NCBI GenBank assembly: GCA_965230935.1
Contig: OZ246400.1
Location: 502,359-566,358, forward strand
Direction of reading: 5' to 3'
Source of the DNA: an uncultured Gammaproteobacteria bacterium
GTDB lineage: Bacteria > Patescibacteriota > Patescibacteriia > Magasanikbacterales > JBBTQS01
Length of the DNA: 64,000 bases
Positions 37,723 through 48,231 of this stretch are shown here, piece by piece. Made by a program: the position numbers and the translations under genes. Within the stretch, counting starts at the first letter, position 1. Each line of letters opens with the position of its first letter. Under the pieces are notes generated by a model. That model was not told the DNA's origin. It did no database searches and saw only the letters and a program-made list of their open reading frames with translations.

Positions 37723-38355
37723 CTACCTTTTGGATTTAGTAAGCCAGCGCACGCCAAGATAGACAAAAGGTGTGTCAATGAATGCGAATACGATTTTAAA
37801 CAGGTAATACGGGATAGCAAGTGAGAAAATAAACGCTACAGTAAACTTTGGTGTTACCTGATAAAACGCAATGAACATGAACAGTAGTGTATCAATTGCT
37901 TGAGATACCATTGTGGAAAGGTTGTTGCGTAACCACAACTTTTTACCCCTTGTCTTACGTTTGAGCCAGCCAAACAACCACACATCGTGTGTCTGCGCAA
38001 CAATAAAGGCAATGACGCTTGCAATCATAATACGCAGTGATTGACTAAACACGCTGACATACGCTGGATTTTTCTCTGCAAAACGCGCATGCGGTTCAAG
38101 TCCTACAAACATAAAGGTAAAGGCAATGACCATAAGTAATGCTACTACCGCAGAGAGTACAAACTGATAGCTTAGTTTTTTGCCATACACTTCTTCCACA
38201 ACATCAGTGATTAAAAACATCACCGGCATCATAAAAATTCCAACTGATACTGAAATTCCAAAGAACGTCACGATTTTTCCACCAAGAAGATTCACTCCGA
38301 TAAGAAGTGCGACAAACAATGCGAATAAGATATTGAGTTTAAATGATTTTTCCAT
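37723..38355 (-). CDS. yhhQ: Queuosine-precursor transporter family (YhhQ/DUF165, VUT family) membrane protein
   Basis: About 210 aa, 6 TM. FLITDVVEEVYGKK and conserved hydrophobic spacing typical of YhhQ. Confidence 0.7.
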   Translation of the reverse strand: MEKSFKLNILFALFVALLIGVNLLGGKIVTFFGISVSVGIFMMPVMFLITDVVEEVYGKKLSYQFVLSAVVALLMVIAFTFMFVGLEPHARFAEKNPAYVSVFSQSLRIMIASVIAFIVAQTHDVWLFGWLKRKTRGKKLWLRNNLSTMVSQAIDTLLFMFIAFYQVTPKFTVAFIFSLAIPYYLFKIVFAFIDTPFVYLGVRWLTKSKR

Positions 38356-38432
38356 AGACAAAAATTATGATGAACTTCTAATTCCTCCTTTTTGTGCTAT
38401 GAAAATACTACAACATACAGATGTGATCTATG

Positions 38433-38506
38433 TAGGCGCACATGGAATCGAACCATGGACCGCCGAGATATAAGCTCGGTGCTCTAACCAACTGAGCTAT
38501 GCGCCC
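38433..38506 (-). tRNA. tRNA-Ile (anticodon TAT)
   Basis: Minus-strand sequence GGGCGCATAGCTCAGTTGGTTAGAGCACCGAGCTTATATCTCGGCGGTCCATGGTTCGATTCCATGTGCGCCTA. Anticodon loop CTTATAT, G1-U72 wobble in the acceptor, no encoded CCA. Confidence 0.82.
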
Positions 38507-38700
38507 GGAGTGAGAAAATAAAAATGCTTGCATTTTTATTTACGAACGGAGGAAGCATAGCCAATGGCTATGCGCCCGGAGTGAAAAGCGCTGTGCGCTT
38601 TCAGCAGAGGGTGCATAGCGACGAAGTTGCTATGCGCCCGAAGGGGTATGGCCACCAAGCCATATACCCCGCACAAAAACTCTATCACTTTACTTTTTAT
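38507..38700. repeat. tRNA-associated repeat region: a copy of the conserved promoter/hairpin module followed by three tandem hairpins, each carrying the tRNA-Ile 5' end (GGGCGCATAGC)
   Basis: GCATAGCCAATGGCTATGCGCCCGGAG, AAAGCGCTGTGCGCTTT, GCATAGCGACGAAGTTGCTATGCGCCCGAAG, GGGGTATGGCCACCAAGCCATATACCCC. CTATGCGCCCG[GA]AG occurs 3 times. Confidence 0.5.
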
Positions 38701-39156
38701 TGCTCAAGCGGCACAATTAGAAAGACCCGTCAGCGTTACACCGACGGGTCCCCTCGCACACGAGACAGAGGCACATTGCTCCCCATACACAGTCATGAAA
38801 TGAGCCGAACCTGACGTAACGCCCTGTGGGCAGAAGAGGCCAGTGGTACTCGACCGACGATGCGGAGTACGAAAGTGGGAGGAGGCTCGCGCATGTCTTC
38901 ATCGTACGAGGCGAGTAGTATCGCACATCTGGTCAAACCAGTCAAGGTTTGGCCAAAAGAGCAAACCCTGCTCGGTAGAGCAGGGCGCGAGAGTGAGTTT
39001 CTTGCTGTGTGGCCATTACCGACCCGAGAGATTACGGATCACCTCCTTCGCACTAGCGTCCAAAACCGGTTAGGGTCGAAGTTCGTTCGCTACCACGAGC
39101 CAATGCAGACCACACAACAAGAAGGTAGTTCTATATTCAGCATAATACAAAAAACT

Positions 39157-39855
39157 ATGGAACAACAAGTCCCAAACATCATCGCACAAACGCAAGAGTA
39201 TCTTGTTATTGAAAAACCATCAGGATTACTGACGCATCCAACTGAAAAAAACGAGCCACACACACTCACTGATTGGCTTGTTGAGCAGTACCCAGAGATA
39301 CAGTCCGTTGGAGATCCGAATAGACCGGGAATTGTCCATCGCTTAGACAAACTGGTCTCTGGTGTTATGGTAGTTGCCCGCACTGAGCAGATGTATGCGC
39401 ATCTGAAAGATGCCTTCCACAATCGTGAAGTGCACAAAACCTATTTGGCATTAGTGCATGGTGCGATCGAGGCAGACGAAGGAGTTATTGACTTTTCTAT
39501 TGCCCGCGCAAAACACGGTCGCGGCATGGCGGCAAGACCCAAAAACCAACATGGTCGCGATGCGCTCACTGAATATTTAGTTCTGGATCGATTTGTGAAC
39601 CATACCTATGTGCAAGTTGAACCTAAAACAGGACGCACCCATCAAATTCGTGTGCACTTATTTGCGCTTAATACCCCCATTGTAAAAGATCCGTTGTATT
39701 GGCAAAAACGATACAAAAATGAAAAAATTGCACAACGCACTCCACGCATTTTTTTACACGCAACACGATTGTCGTTTACTGATCTTGAGGGTGCTGTGGT
39801 AGACTTTGAAAGTCCATTACCACAAGAACTTCAAGATGTACTCAACTCACTATGA
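39157..39855 (+). CDS. RluA-family 23S rRNA/tRNA pseudouridine synthase
   Basis: LVIEKPSGLLTHP...GIVHRLDKLVSGVMVVARTE (catalytic Asp motif) ...RTHQIRVHL. Start taken at the internal Met (39157). The upstream 100 codons of the ORF lie in a GC-rich region that is probably non-coding. Confidence 0.85.
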   Translation: MEQQVPNIIAQTQEYLVIEKPSGLLTHPTEKNEPHTLTDWLVEQYPEIQSVGDPNRPGIVHRLDKLVSGVMVVARTEQMYAHLKDAFHNREVHKTYLALVHGAIEADEGVIDFSIARAKHGRGMAARPKNQHGRDALTEYLVLDRFVNHTYVQVEPKTGRTHQIRVHLFALNTPIVKDPLYWQKRYKNEKIAQRTPRIFLHATRLSFTDLEGAVVDFESPLPQELQDVLNSL

Positions 39856-40430
39856 TTATCACAATCTCCGGCAAACCTGGATCTGGTAAAACCACGGTTG
39901 GCAATATGCTTGCCAAGCATTTAGGATACGATGAATACGACATTGGTATTTTTCGCCGAGAAATGGCGCGCCGGCGCGGCATGACCATAGCCGAGTACAA
40001 CACCTTTGGTGAAACTAATCCAATCACCGACACCGAAGCTGATGAATATCAACGTGAGCTTGGACAGACACGAGACAATTTTGTAGTGCAAGGCCGCACA
40101 TCGTTTCATTTTATACCCCACTCAATCAAGCTCTTTCTTGATGTAGACACTGAAGTTGGGGCCAAACGCATTTGGAAAGATTTGCAATCTGACCCAGACA
40201 AACGTAATGAGGGTAAATATGCATCTTTGCAAGAAGTGATTGACTCTATTCCCAAGCGAATTGCTTCTGATACCAAACGTTACCAGCAATATTACAGTAT
40301 TGATGTGTCTGACAAATCCCACTACGACTTATGGCTTGATACCAGTGAGATGACAGCACAGCAAACCTTTGATGCTATTGTCGAATTTCTCCACACCAGC
40401 TACCCGCAGGTGTTTCTTGACAAAAAATAG
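39852..40430 (+). CDS. cmk: Cytidylate kinase-like P-loop kinase (short archaeal-type Cmk)
   Basis: MIITISGKPGSGKTTVGNMLAKHLGY is a Walker A. 192 aa. ATGA overlap with the rluA-like stop. Confidence 0.75.
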   Translation: MIITISGKPGSGKTTVGNMLAKHLGYDEYDIGIFRREMARRRGMTIAEYNTFGETNPITDTEADEYQRELGQTRDNFVVQGRTSFHFIPHSIKLFLDVDTEVGAKRIWKDLQSDPDKRNEGKYASLQEVIDSIPKRIASDTKRYQQYYSIDVSDKSHYDLWLDTSEMTAQQTFDAIVEFLHTSYPQVFLDKK

Positions 40431-40467
40431 ACATTTGGATACACTACTGCCGTATTAAAATTGCCCT

Positions 40468-40929
40468 ATGAGTACTGCAACCAAGACAACTGATACCATC
40501 TATCCTGACGTCGTCCCCGGCACCCGTGTACGTGTGTCTGTTCGTATTAAAGATGTCAACAAAAAAGGAGAAGAAAAAGAGCGTATCCAGGTATTTGAAG
40601 GACTGGTATTAGCACGTAAGCATGGTAGTGAGACTGGCGCAACCATTACCGTACGAAAATTGAGCGGCAATATCGGTGTTGAGAAGATTTTTCCACTCCA
40701 TTCACCAGTAGTTGCTGGTATTGAGGTGGTAGCGAAGTATCGCGTACGCCAAGCCAAGATCAACTACGCACGCAATCCAAAATTTAAGAAAAAGATGAAA
40801 GAGATCAAAGACAGCACACCGGTAAAAAAAGTAGCAAAGAAAAAAGCGACAACAGCAAAAGCACAAGAGGATAAACCAAGTACACCAGCCGTACCAAAAG
40901 AAACTCCATCAGAAGAGACTAAAAAATAA
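40468..40929 (+). CDS. rplS: 50S ribosomal protein L19 (bL19) with a Lys-rich C-terminal extension
   Basis: RIQVFEGLVLARKHGSETGATITVRKLSGNIGVEKIFPLHSPVVAGIEVV...RQAKINYAR matches the bL19 core. Confidence 0.88.
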   Translation: MSTATKTTDTIYPDVVPGTRVRVSVRIKDVNKKGEEKERIQVFEGLVLARKHGSETGATITVRKLSGNIGVEKIFPLHSPVVAGIEVVAKYRVRQAKINYARNPKFKKKMKEIKDSTPVKKVAKKKATTAKAQEDKPSTPAVPKETPSEETKK

Positions 40930-40986
40930 TGTTCCTAAAAAGACCGGCGCACAGCCGGTCTTTTGTATCCCATGAAGGCTACAATA

Positions 40987-43893
40987 CTATGTCTTTTTTG
41001 TCTTTGATTTTTTACCTGCCTTCTTTGCAGACAAAGAAGATGCTTTTGTTGAAGCGGCAATCGCCTCTTTCAAATATTTTCCAGTAAAGCTTGTCTTCAC
41101 TTTTGCCACCTCTCGCGGAGTTCCCTGTGCCACCACTTCTCCACCACGTTTACCGCCTTCTGGCCCCATGTCAATCACCCAATCCGCACTCTTGATGATG
41201 TCCATATTATGCTCGATCACCAAGACGGTATTTCCTTTTTCCACCAACTGGCGCAAAACTCCGAGCAATTGCTTAATATCTTCAAAGTGTAAGCCAGTGG
41301 TTGGTTCATCCAAGATGTATAATGTTTTTCCGGTCGCGCGGCGAGAAAGCTCAGTAGCTAACTTGACTCGCTGCGCCTCACCACCAGAAAGCGTGGTTGC
41401 CGGCTGACCAAGTGATACATACCCCAACCCAACATCAGCCAAAATCTCAAGCTTGTCTGCGATAGAGGACACATCGCTGAAGAATCGACGTGCTTCCTCA
41501 ACAGTCATGGCCAATACATCAGCAATAGTCTTCCCTTTGTAATGAATCTCAAGTGCTTCTTTGTTATAGCGTTTTCCTTCACACTCCTGACACTCCACAA
41601 ACACATCAGTTAAGAATTGCATCGGGATACGAACATACCCTTCACCAGCACAGGCCTCACAACGTCCCCCACCCTTCACGTTAAAGCTAAACTTCCCAGC
41701 ATCATATCCACGTAACTGCGCTTCTGGCACTTGTGTAAAGATATCGCGAATCAACGTGAACACGCCGGTATAGGTTGCCGGGTTACTGCGTGGGGTTCGA
41801 CCAATTGGTGCCTGGTTAATGGCAATCACCTTATCAACATTGCGCATGCCTTTGATCGTTTTAAATTCTCCTGGAGCAACCTTTGCGCGATGAAACTCAG
41901 CAGCAAGCGCTTTGGACAAAATATCAATCACCAACGACGACTTTCCAGAACCAGATACACCAGTAACACACACCAACTGCCCAAGCGGAATATCAACATC
42001 AATGTTTTTCAAATTAAACGACCGGGCACCAACAATGGTTAATTTTTTCCCATTCCCTTTGTTGAGCTTCTTGGGCATTGGAATTACCACCTTGCCGGTC
42101 AGATACTTTGCGGTCATGGACTTTGCTTGTTTTTTCACTTGCGCAACCGTACCAGCAGCCACGATCTCTCCACCATAAATTCCAGCTCCTGGTCCAATGT
42201 CAATCAAATAATCGGCAGCCTCCATCATGGCCTCATCATGCTCTACAACAATGACAGTGTTACCGAGATCGCGCAGTACACGCAAGGTTTCGATCAATTT
42301 GGCATTATCTCGTGAATGCAAACCAATTGACGGTTCGTCCAAAATGTAAATCACACCGGTGAGACCGGTTGAGAGCTGTGTAGATAATCGTACGCGCTGC
42401 GCCTCACCACCGGAAAGTGTTGCCATTGATCGATCAAGGGTTAGATAATCCAAACCAACCCGCATCAAATCATTTAATCGTGTAATCATCTCTTTGAGCA
42501 CTGGCAAAGCAATCTTTTTCTCGCGCTCATCAAAAACAATCCCCGCAGTTTTGCCACTTTGCACTGCAGTAAAGAACGCCACAATCTCATCAATACTCAT
42601 CCCCACAATATCAGCGATATTGTACTCACCAATACGAACCGCGAGCGCTTCGGGACACAAGCGCATCCCATTACACAACGGACACACACTCTCACGCATG
42701 TATTGCTCAATTTCTTTACGGATGTACTCACTCGTGGTTTGAGAATGACGAACCGTAAGATTAGGCACCACCCCTTCAAACACTACTGACTTATCATCAA
42801 TCACATAAGTCTTTCCGTCAGTTCCAAAATATAAAATATCCATCACGCGTTTTGACAAATCTTTAACCGGGACATCAACTGAAAACTTATGCTTTTTCGC
42901 AACCTCTTTTAAGAGCTTCTGATAAAACGCTTGATTCCCGGTAATGCGTGTCCACGGCTGAATCGCACCCTCAGCAAGTGTTAATTTTTGATTTGGAATC
43001 ACCAAACTCTTATCAACATCCAGTACCCGCCCAAGCCCGGTACACCGACCACATGCCCCATGCGGACTGTTAAAACTAAACGTGCGTGATTCAATCTCTG
43101 GAATCTCTTTTCCACACTTACCACACAAAAACTGTTCAGAAAATACCTCATCTTCATCATCATCCATGTCATAGATGATTACCCGTCCATTGCCCAAATC
43201 CATGGCACTCTCAATAAACGAACTGATGTTGTTTCGCTTCACATCAGTGACACGTCCAACCACCACATCAAGTGAATGATCGACTTTTGGCATCACGTCG
43301 ATAAGCTCGAGTTCGTTCTTCTTCATGAGCACACCATCAAAACGAACATAATCAAATCCGGAATGCTCCACATGCGAGAGCAGCGTCTTTTTATCAATAG
43401 ACTGATCCGCAAAAATAGGCGCTAACACCAACAGCTCATGATCAGTCCGCGCTAACGTACGCACTTGCTCCACAATCGCACCAGTGCTATAGCGCATTAC
43501 CGGCACATTACAATCCGGACAAAACTGCTGACCGATTCGTGAGAAGAGTAAGCGCAGATGATCGTATACCTCGGTCACGGTTCCAACGGTTGAGCGCGGA
43601 TTGCGTGATGTACTCTTTTGATCAATGGCAATAGTTGGTGACAAGCCTTTAATCTCATCAACATCGGGCTTATCTTGCAACTCCATAAACTGTCGCGCAT
43701 ACGAAGAAAGGGACTCCGCATATCTGCGCTGCCCCTCTGCATAAATAGTATCAAATGCTAAAGATGATTTTCCTGAACCGGAAAGTCCGGTAATGACGAC
43801 AAGGCTTTTTTTGGGAATCTCGATTGAAACCTCTTTAAGGTTATGCACGCGAGATCCTTTGATCGACAAGACATCTACTTTGGACTTTGCCAT
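40987..43893 (-). CDS. uvrA: Excinuclease ABC subunit A
   Basis: 968 aa with two ABC ATPase modules ([23 protein letters not shown]), zinc-finger Cys clusters and LSGGEAQRV signatures. Confidence 0.95.
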   Translation of the reverse strand: MAKSKVDVLSIKGSRVHNLKEVSIEIPKKSLVVITGLSGSGKSSLAFDTIYAEGQRRYAESLSSYARQFMELQDKPDVDEIKGLSPTIAIDQKSTSRNPRSTVGTVTEVYDHLRLLFSRIGQQFCPDCNVPVMRYSTGAIVEQVRTLARTDHELLVLAPIFADQSIDKKTLLSHVEHSGFDYVRFDGVLMKKNELELIDVMPKVDHSLDVVVGRVTDVKRNNISSFIESAMDLGNGRVIIYDMDDDEDEVFSEQFLCGKCGKEIPEIESRTFSFNSPHGACGRCTGLGRVLDVDKSLVIPNQKLTLAEGAIQPWTRITGNQAFYQKLLKEVAKKHKFSVDVPVKDLSKRVMDILYFGTDGKTYVIDDKSVVFEGVVPNLTVRHSQTTSEYIRKEIEQYMRESVCPLCNGMRLCPEALAVRIGEYNIADIVGMSIDEIVAFFTAVQSGKTAGIVFDEREKKIALPVLKEMITRLNDLMRVGLDYLTLDRSMATLSGGEAQRVRLSTQLSTGLTGVIYILDEPSIGLHSRDNAKLIETLRVLRDLGNTVIVVEHDEAMMEAADYLIDIGPGAGIYGGEIVAAGTVAQVKKQAKSMTAKYLTGKVVIPMPKKLNKGNGKKLTIVGARSFNLKNIDVDIPLGQLVCVTGVSGSGKSSLVIDILSKALAAEFHRAKVAPGEFKTIKGMRNVDKVIAINQAPIGRTPRSNPATYTGVFTLIRDIFTQVPEAQLRGYDAGKFSFNVKGGGRCEACAGEGYVRIPMQFLTDVFVECQECEGKRYNKEALEIHYKGKTIADVLAMTVEEARRFFSDVSSIADKLEILADVGLGYVSLGQPATTLSGGEAQRVKLATELSRRATGKTLYILDEPTTGLHFEDIKQLLGVLRQLVEKGNTVLVIEHNMDIIKSADWVIDMGPEGGKRGGEVVAQGTPREVAKVKTSFTGKYLKEAIAASTKASSLSAKKAGKKSKTKKT

Positions 43894-43975
43894 ACACCAT
43901 GGAAGATTTATAGTAAACGGTGTACAGCATACCAGAGAAGTTGTCCACTGTCAATGACGGAGAAAAGAATCGGAC

Positions 43976-46900
43976 TTACTCGTACACTTCATTGCCGATA
44001 AGCATACCGCAGGCGCCAGCAAGACCAGAAAGGGAAACGGTATTCCAGCAGACTGGCGTAGCATCACTATTCGATAATCCTTTTGCCGCCAACGTGCCTT
44101 TCCACTTCTCGGTAAGATGAATCTCATCACATTGGCTTGGTGCATGTGAGTAGATGATGCCATCTTCATTTGTAATTGAAGGATTGCCAGTTGCATCACG
44201 AGTACAAATAGAACCCCACGTCTCAGTAAACACTAGTGGAGTCGTTACAAAATTGTCATCATCATTGCTTAGATATACTTTTGCAGTGGTTTTTCCTGAC
44301 TTCTTCGCATAGGCACACTTCCCAAATTCATCACTCAAATTTTCCTTGTAACATACCGGCTTCCCACCACCCGGCACATCCCCGACACTCTTCTTAAGTA
44401 ATTTACAACTTCCAGCGTATGTTAATTTATAGGTGTTATCCTCGGTAAACTCGTATCCTTTAAGTTCTTTACATGGCGAATCCCATGTTTCTTTAGAGCA
44501 CCACCCTAATCCAGTGGAGACTGAAATACCTTGACATGTCAATAAGCCTGCACTCACCCCAACTTTACACGTATTGATCTCTGATCCACATGGTGTTCCT
44601 TCTGCATACGTGTCACCAAATGCACTTGATTCATTTGGTGGCGGCACACATCGATATGATTTACCGGCAAGGGTAGTTCCGACATCAAGACAAGACAATC
44701 CGGCATTACAAATCGAGGAATCAGGACCAAAGTCGGTCACTTCACAATCTTCAAGGTCCGCTGGAGTATTGGCTGCCTGCACCTCAAGCACTCGAAGCTC
44801 AGCAGTCAATTGAGAACCTTGAATGCCAACAATTTCCGCAACGGCGTTGACTGCGCCAAGTACCGCCTGAAGCTTGATAAGTTTTTGCGACAATGTAGAA
44901 CCGACATACGCAAGGTCAATATAATCTTGATATGCGGCATGTTGTTCCAAAAGACTCTTATTTGAATCAATCCAATCTTGCACTTCTTTGCGTTTGGCAA
45001 CTACTTGTTGTTCATAGAACGGCTTGAGCTTGTGACAATTTTTTGTTTGGTACCCACCGCATGATGCGCCAATACTTCCATCACTACATTCAAACCGACG
45101 ACCGCCCTTAGCCTCGGTAAATGAACAAGAAAGACCGGGATCACATGTTGACTTCACATTGGTGACCACATTCACCCCTTCCTCAAGAGAAAAGTTGAGC
45201 GGATGACAATAATCAAGCTTTTCTCCGGCATCACATACGCCATGAATCTTATTTACAAAGCAGCCTTGTGTATCCATCAAAGCGACGCAAAGATCAGAGG
45301 CGCATTGATCATTACTTTGACACCGTTGCCCATTGGCCAAACTCCCACTTGTTGGCTGCTTCCAGCAAAACCCTATTGGTCCTTGCCCAGGAATCATACT
45401 CCGCCACTCTTCTGTTGCCATACGCACACTGAGTGCCGGATTTAATACCACCTTACCATTAGTGAAAACCGGGATTCCCAATTCTACAAAAAAGCTCGCT
45501 CCACCAAGTACCGCTTCTGCCAATACTTCTACGGCTACTTGAACTCCCGGGAGCGCCAATGACAAAAATGCACTACATGCTCCTTGTGTTTTCGGATCAA
45601 CATCCGGACGCTGTAAACACTCACCACCAAGCTTTCTACAAGCGTCACCAAGTGGCCCAACCGGGCGACAAATTTCTCCACCACCGGTCATGAGACGACA
45701 GTTATTTTTAATCTCATCTACTTTCTCCTTTGGCAATCCTCCTGGAATGCGAATCTGCGTACAAAAATTATCACTCTTACAACACACACGATCCTCTCCT
45801 ATGAAATTGGAAAGATCAACATTTTGATTTAATACCGCAGGTATGGGCGGTGTCTCAAATCTGGTAAGCGCCGGATTTACGGTTTGCAACAATCCATACC
45901 CACCAGCACCAACTCCCATGGCAACCACACTCCCAAGAATAATCCCTTTAGCACCAGTGATCGCTGCGGCATTCCCAGCGGCCCCTGCCCACTGCATTCC
46001 AGCGGCCGCAATGCTGATCACTGATACAATCGCCAAAAATCCCAAACTGTATTGAAAGACCGCGCCGACATACCCACTGATATTGGTAGTGGTGGTGCCG
46101 GCGATCGGAATATTCAGTGTTGCTTCCCCATTAACAAAGCAGTATGGCCCTTCTTTTGCGTTCTTATTATTGGAAGGTGGCGCCCATTGATATCCCCGAT
46201 CTTCACACTGCTTCTTGGTCCAGTGCTTGTCACTTTCCGGAGTATTATCAATCGTCAAAGAATCTTTTTGCTGCTCTGAACCTGTTGTAAATTGCTGATT
46301 TGCCTGCTCCTCATTTAATGTTACCGAACCACAAGCACTAATCTCATTGCAAAGCGTACCTTGAACAATCTCAACACGATTAGGCATACCCGCCTCATTC
46401 TTAAAACCATGTTGTTCAAGAAAAGCAGTTCCACACCCTGCAGCAGCATTACTACATTGCAATACCGGCTCACCATCCTCTAAGTTGTGGTCACCATCAG
46501 CATCAGTAAACACCACACAACAGGACGCTGCTTTCTGACAAGCGAGCTGTGTAGAACACTCTGCAGTGAGTAATTGCAATTTAACCTTATTCTCAGGATC
46601 TATTTTGTCACACACTCGCCCAAAGGGGAGATCTTTAGGAGGAGTACAAGAGATGAGCTCACCATTATTCACGACGTCATTCCCATTCGTGTCAGTGTAC
46701 TTGGCACAACAAAGAATCTCATCAGTAACTCCTACGGCAAGTTGTTGCTTCTCTTGCTCAGCGTATGCAAGATGGAAACCAACAGCAAAACCACCACTAT
46801 AATCTTGTTGACACACCGCCTCCTTTTCAAGACCAGGATATTGCGTAACGGTATATCCTGGGATCTGAGGACAGGTATAATCATGGTCGATTAAATCTAA

Positions 46901-47398
46901 ATTTGTTTTTGAAAACTGCTTACAACCAACACCGCTATGGCCATCTGAGTCTACGGTGTTCGATTTGTAATGACAATAAAACTTGTCATCCCATGGATCC
47001 TTAATCTGTGTTTTAAATGCACTTACATGTTCAGGAGCTCCGTTAGGTGCAAAACAGGACCAAAAATCTGCCCCACTATTAGTCTCCGCACTGCATGCTC
47101 CTGGTTGCAGTAGTGGAAACAAACTCTGCCCATCAACTTGCGCACCACTACAAAACTTACCGGTACTATCATCAGCATCCATATCAGTCCCGTTTGGAGT
47201 AACCACGTCTAGACACCCAATGGTTTTACCGTCCTCATCACCATCAGGAGATGCATCCAAGTACACACAACACCCCGCTTGACCAGCTGCATATACACTC
47301 GCTGGTATGGCCGTCATCACCAAGACCACTGCAGCAATGATTATCCATGCTCCAGTCAAAATGCGATATATGCTTCGTACCCTACCACGCTGTACCAT
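43976..47398 (-). CDS. Giant (1140 aa) Cys-rich secreted/membrane protein with a central two-helix hydrophobic hairpin resembling TrbC/VirB2 pilin
   Basis: Signal anchor ILTGAWIIIAAVVLVMTAI. More than 60 Cys, many in CC/CxxC pairs. Central VGAVFQYSLGFLAIVSVISIAAAGMQWAGAAGNAAAITGAKGIILGSVVAMGVGAGGYGLL. The start codon overlaps the dsbA-like stop by 1 nt. Confidence 0.8.
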   Translation of the reverse strand: MVQRGRVRSIYRILTGAWIIIAAVVLVMTAIPASVYAAGQAGCCVYLDASPDGDEDGKTIGCLDVVTPNGTDMDADDSTGKFCSGAQVDGQSLFPLLQPGACSAETNSGADFWSCFAPNGAPEHVSAFKTQIKDPWDDKFYCHYKSNTVDSDGHSGVGCKQFSKTNLDLIDHDYTCPQIPGYTVTQYPGLEKEAVCQQDYSGGFAVGFHLAYAEQEKQQLAVGVTDEILCCAKYTDTNGNDVVNNGELISCTPPKDLPFGRVCDKIDPENKVKLQLLTAECSTQLACQKAASCCVVFTDADGDHNLEDGEPVLQCSNAAAGCGTAFLEQHGFKNEAGMPNRVEIVQGTLCNEISACGSVTLNEEQANQQFTTGSEQQKDSLTIDNTPESDKHWTKKQCEDRGYQWAPPSNNKNAKEGPYCFVNGEATLNIPIAGTTTTNISGYVGAVFQYSLGFLAIVSVISIAAAGMQWAGAAGNAAAITGAKGIILGSVVAMGVGAGGYGLLQTVNPALTRFETPPIPAVLNQNVDLSNFIGEDRVCCKSDNFCTQIRIPGGLPKEKVDEIKNNCRLMTGGGEICRPVGPLGDACRKLGGECLQRPDVDPKTQGACSAFLSLALPGVQVAVEVLAEAVLGGASFFVELGIPVFTNGKVVLNPALSVRMATEEWRSMIPGQGPIGFCWKQPTSGSLANGQRCQSNDQCASDLCVALMDTQGCFVNKIHGVCDAGEKLDYCHPLNFSLEEGVNVVTNVKSTCDPGLSCSFTEAKGGRRFECSDGSIGASCGGYQTKNCHKLKPFYEQQVVAKRKEVQDWIDSNKSLLEQHAAYQDYIDLAYVGSTLSQKLIKLQAVLGAVNAVAEIVGIQGSQLTAELRVLEVQAANTPADLEDCEVTDFGPDSSICNAGLSCLDVGTTLAGKSYRCVPPPNESSAFGDTYAEGTPCGSEINTCKVGVSAGLLTCQGISVSTGLGWCSKETWDSPCKELKGYEFTEDNTYKLTYAGSCKLLKKSVGDVPGGGKPVCYKENLSDEFGKCAYAKKSGKTTAKVYLSNDDDNFVTTPLVFTETWGSICTRDATGNPSITNEDGIIYSHAPSQCDEIHLTEKWKGTLAAKGLSNSDATPVCWNTVSLSGLAGACGMLIGNEVYE

Positions 47399-48129
47399 TA
47401 CATCACCCGATTAAGAATATCTTCCCATCCTTCAAATGGAATATCTCCTTGAATTCGAAAACCATTGATAAAGAAGGTCGGCGTACCCACAACACCGGCG
47501 TCCAATCCATCTTCAACATCTTGTCGAACCTTATCTTTTTTTGCATCATCATCAAGGCACGCACTGAATACTGCGGTATCCAAATTTAGGGTCTTGGCAA
47601 ACTCAATCAAATTTGGCTCAGTAATAACGTTTTGATTTTGAAAAAGCGCATCATGATATTCCCAAAATCGATCTTGATCTCGTGCACACTCTGATGCTAC
47701 TGCTGCCATTGGCGCCTCACTATGCAACTGCGGTACGGGAAAATGCCGATACTGGAGCTGCACGTCATCACTATATTTGGCCAACACTGCTTTTAAAATC
47801 GGAAATGACTTTTTACAAAACGGACACTGAAAATCACCAAACTCAACAATCGTCACTTTAGGATCCTGCGCCCCAATGGCTGCGTGATCGCCAAGTTGCA
47901 CCTGTTTTTGCGGACCAGTTACCTCAAGCGCCGGCCGCTCAAGCCCTTGCGCCACAGTGAACTCTCCCGTACTAATCACCTGACTCTCCTGCTGTACAAA
48001 AGCGGCGAAATTCCGCATCACCATAATGATAAAGATCAAAATGGCGAAAAAGACAATGGCGATGACTGAAATCCAATGCCATTTAGCGTTTCGTGGTTTT
48101 CCTGAAACCATTTCCCCTCCATGATGCAT
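47398..48129 (-). CDS. DsbA-like thiol:disulfide oxidoreductase (thioredoxin fold) with an N-terminal TM anchor
   Basis: GDFQCPFCKKSFP is a CxxC motif. TM WHWISVIAIVFFAILIFIIMV. Start at 48111/48129 with GGAGGGG just upstream; the ORF extends to 48222. Confidence 0.78.
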   Translation of the reverse strand: MHHGGEMVSGKPRNAKWHWISVIAIVFFAILIFIIMVMRNFAAFVQQESQVISTGEFTVAQGLERPALEVTGPQKQVQLGDHAAIGAQDPKVTIVEFGDFQCPFCKKSFPILKAVLAKYSDDVQLQYRHFPVPQLHSEAPMAAVASECARDQDRFWEYHDALFQNQNVITEPNLIEFAKTLNLDTAVFSACLDDDAKKDKVRQDVEDGLDAGVVGTPTFFINGFRIQGDIPFEGWEDILNRVM

Positions 48130-48231
48130 AGTATGTCTCGTTATCAATAGGCAAAGTATACCATAAGTATGGCTACTGATCATCGCAAGATTGACGAAAA
48201 ACCAACTCTGTGCTATACTCATCTCAAACCT

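Noticed and set aside
39030-39055. Possible 16S rRNA 3'-end fragment (GGATCACCTCCTT)
   Set aside because: Only 13 nt match. The upstream GTCGTAACAAGGTA-type 16S sequence is absent, so it is not an rRNA gene remnant. It is kept only as a feature of the candidate ncRNA/leader finding.
38860-39156. N-terminal 99 codons of the 331-aa ORF annotated in the six-frame track as part of the RluA-like gene
   Set aside because: There is no S4 or pseudouridine-synthase homology, and the composition shifts to ~58% GC. The catalytic domain begins right after Met 39157, consistent with normal RluA length.
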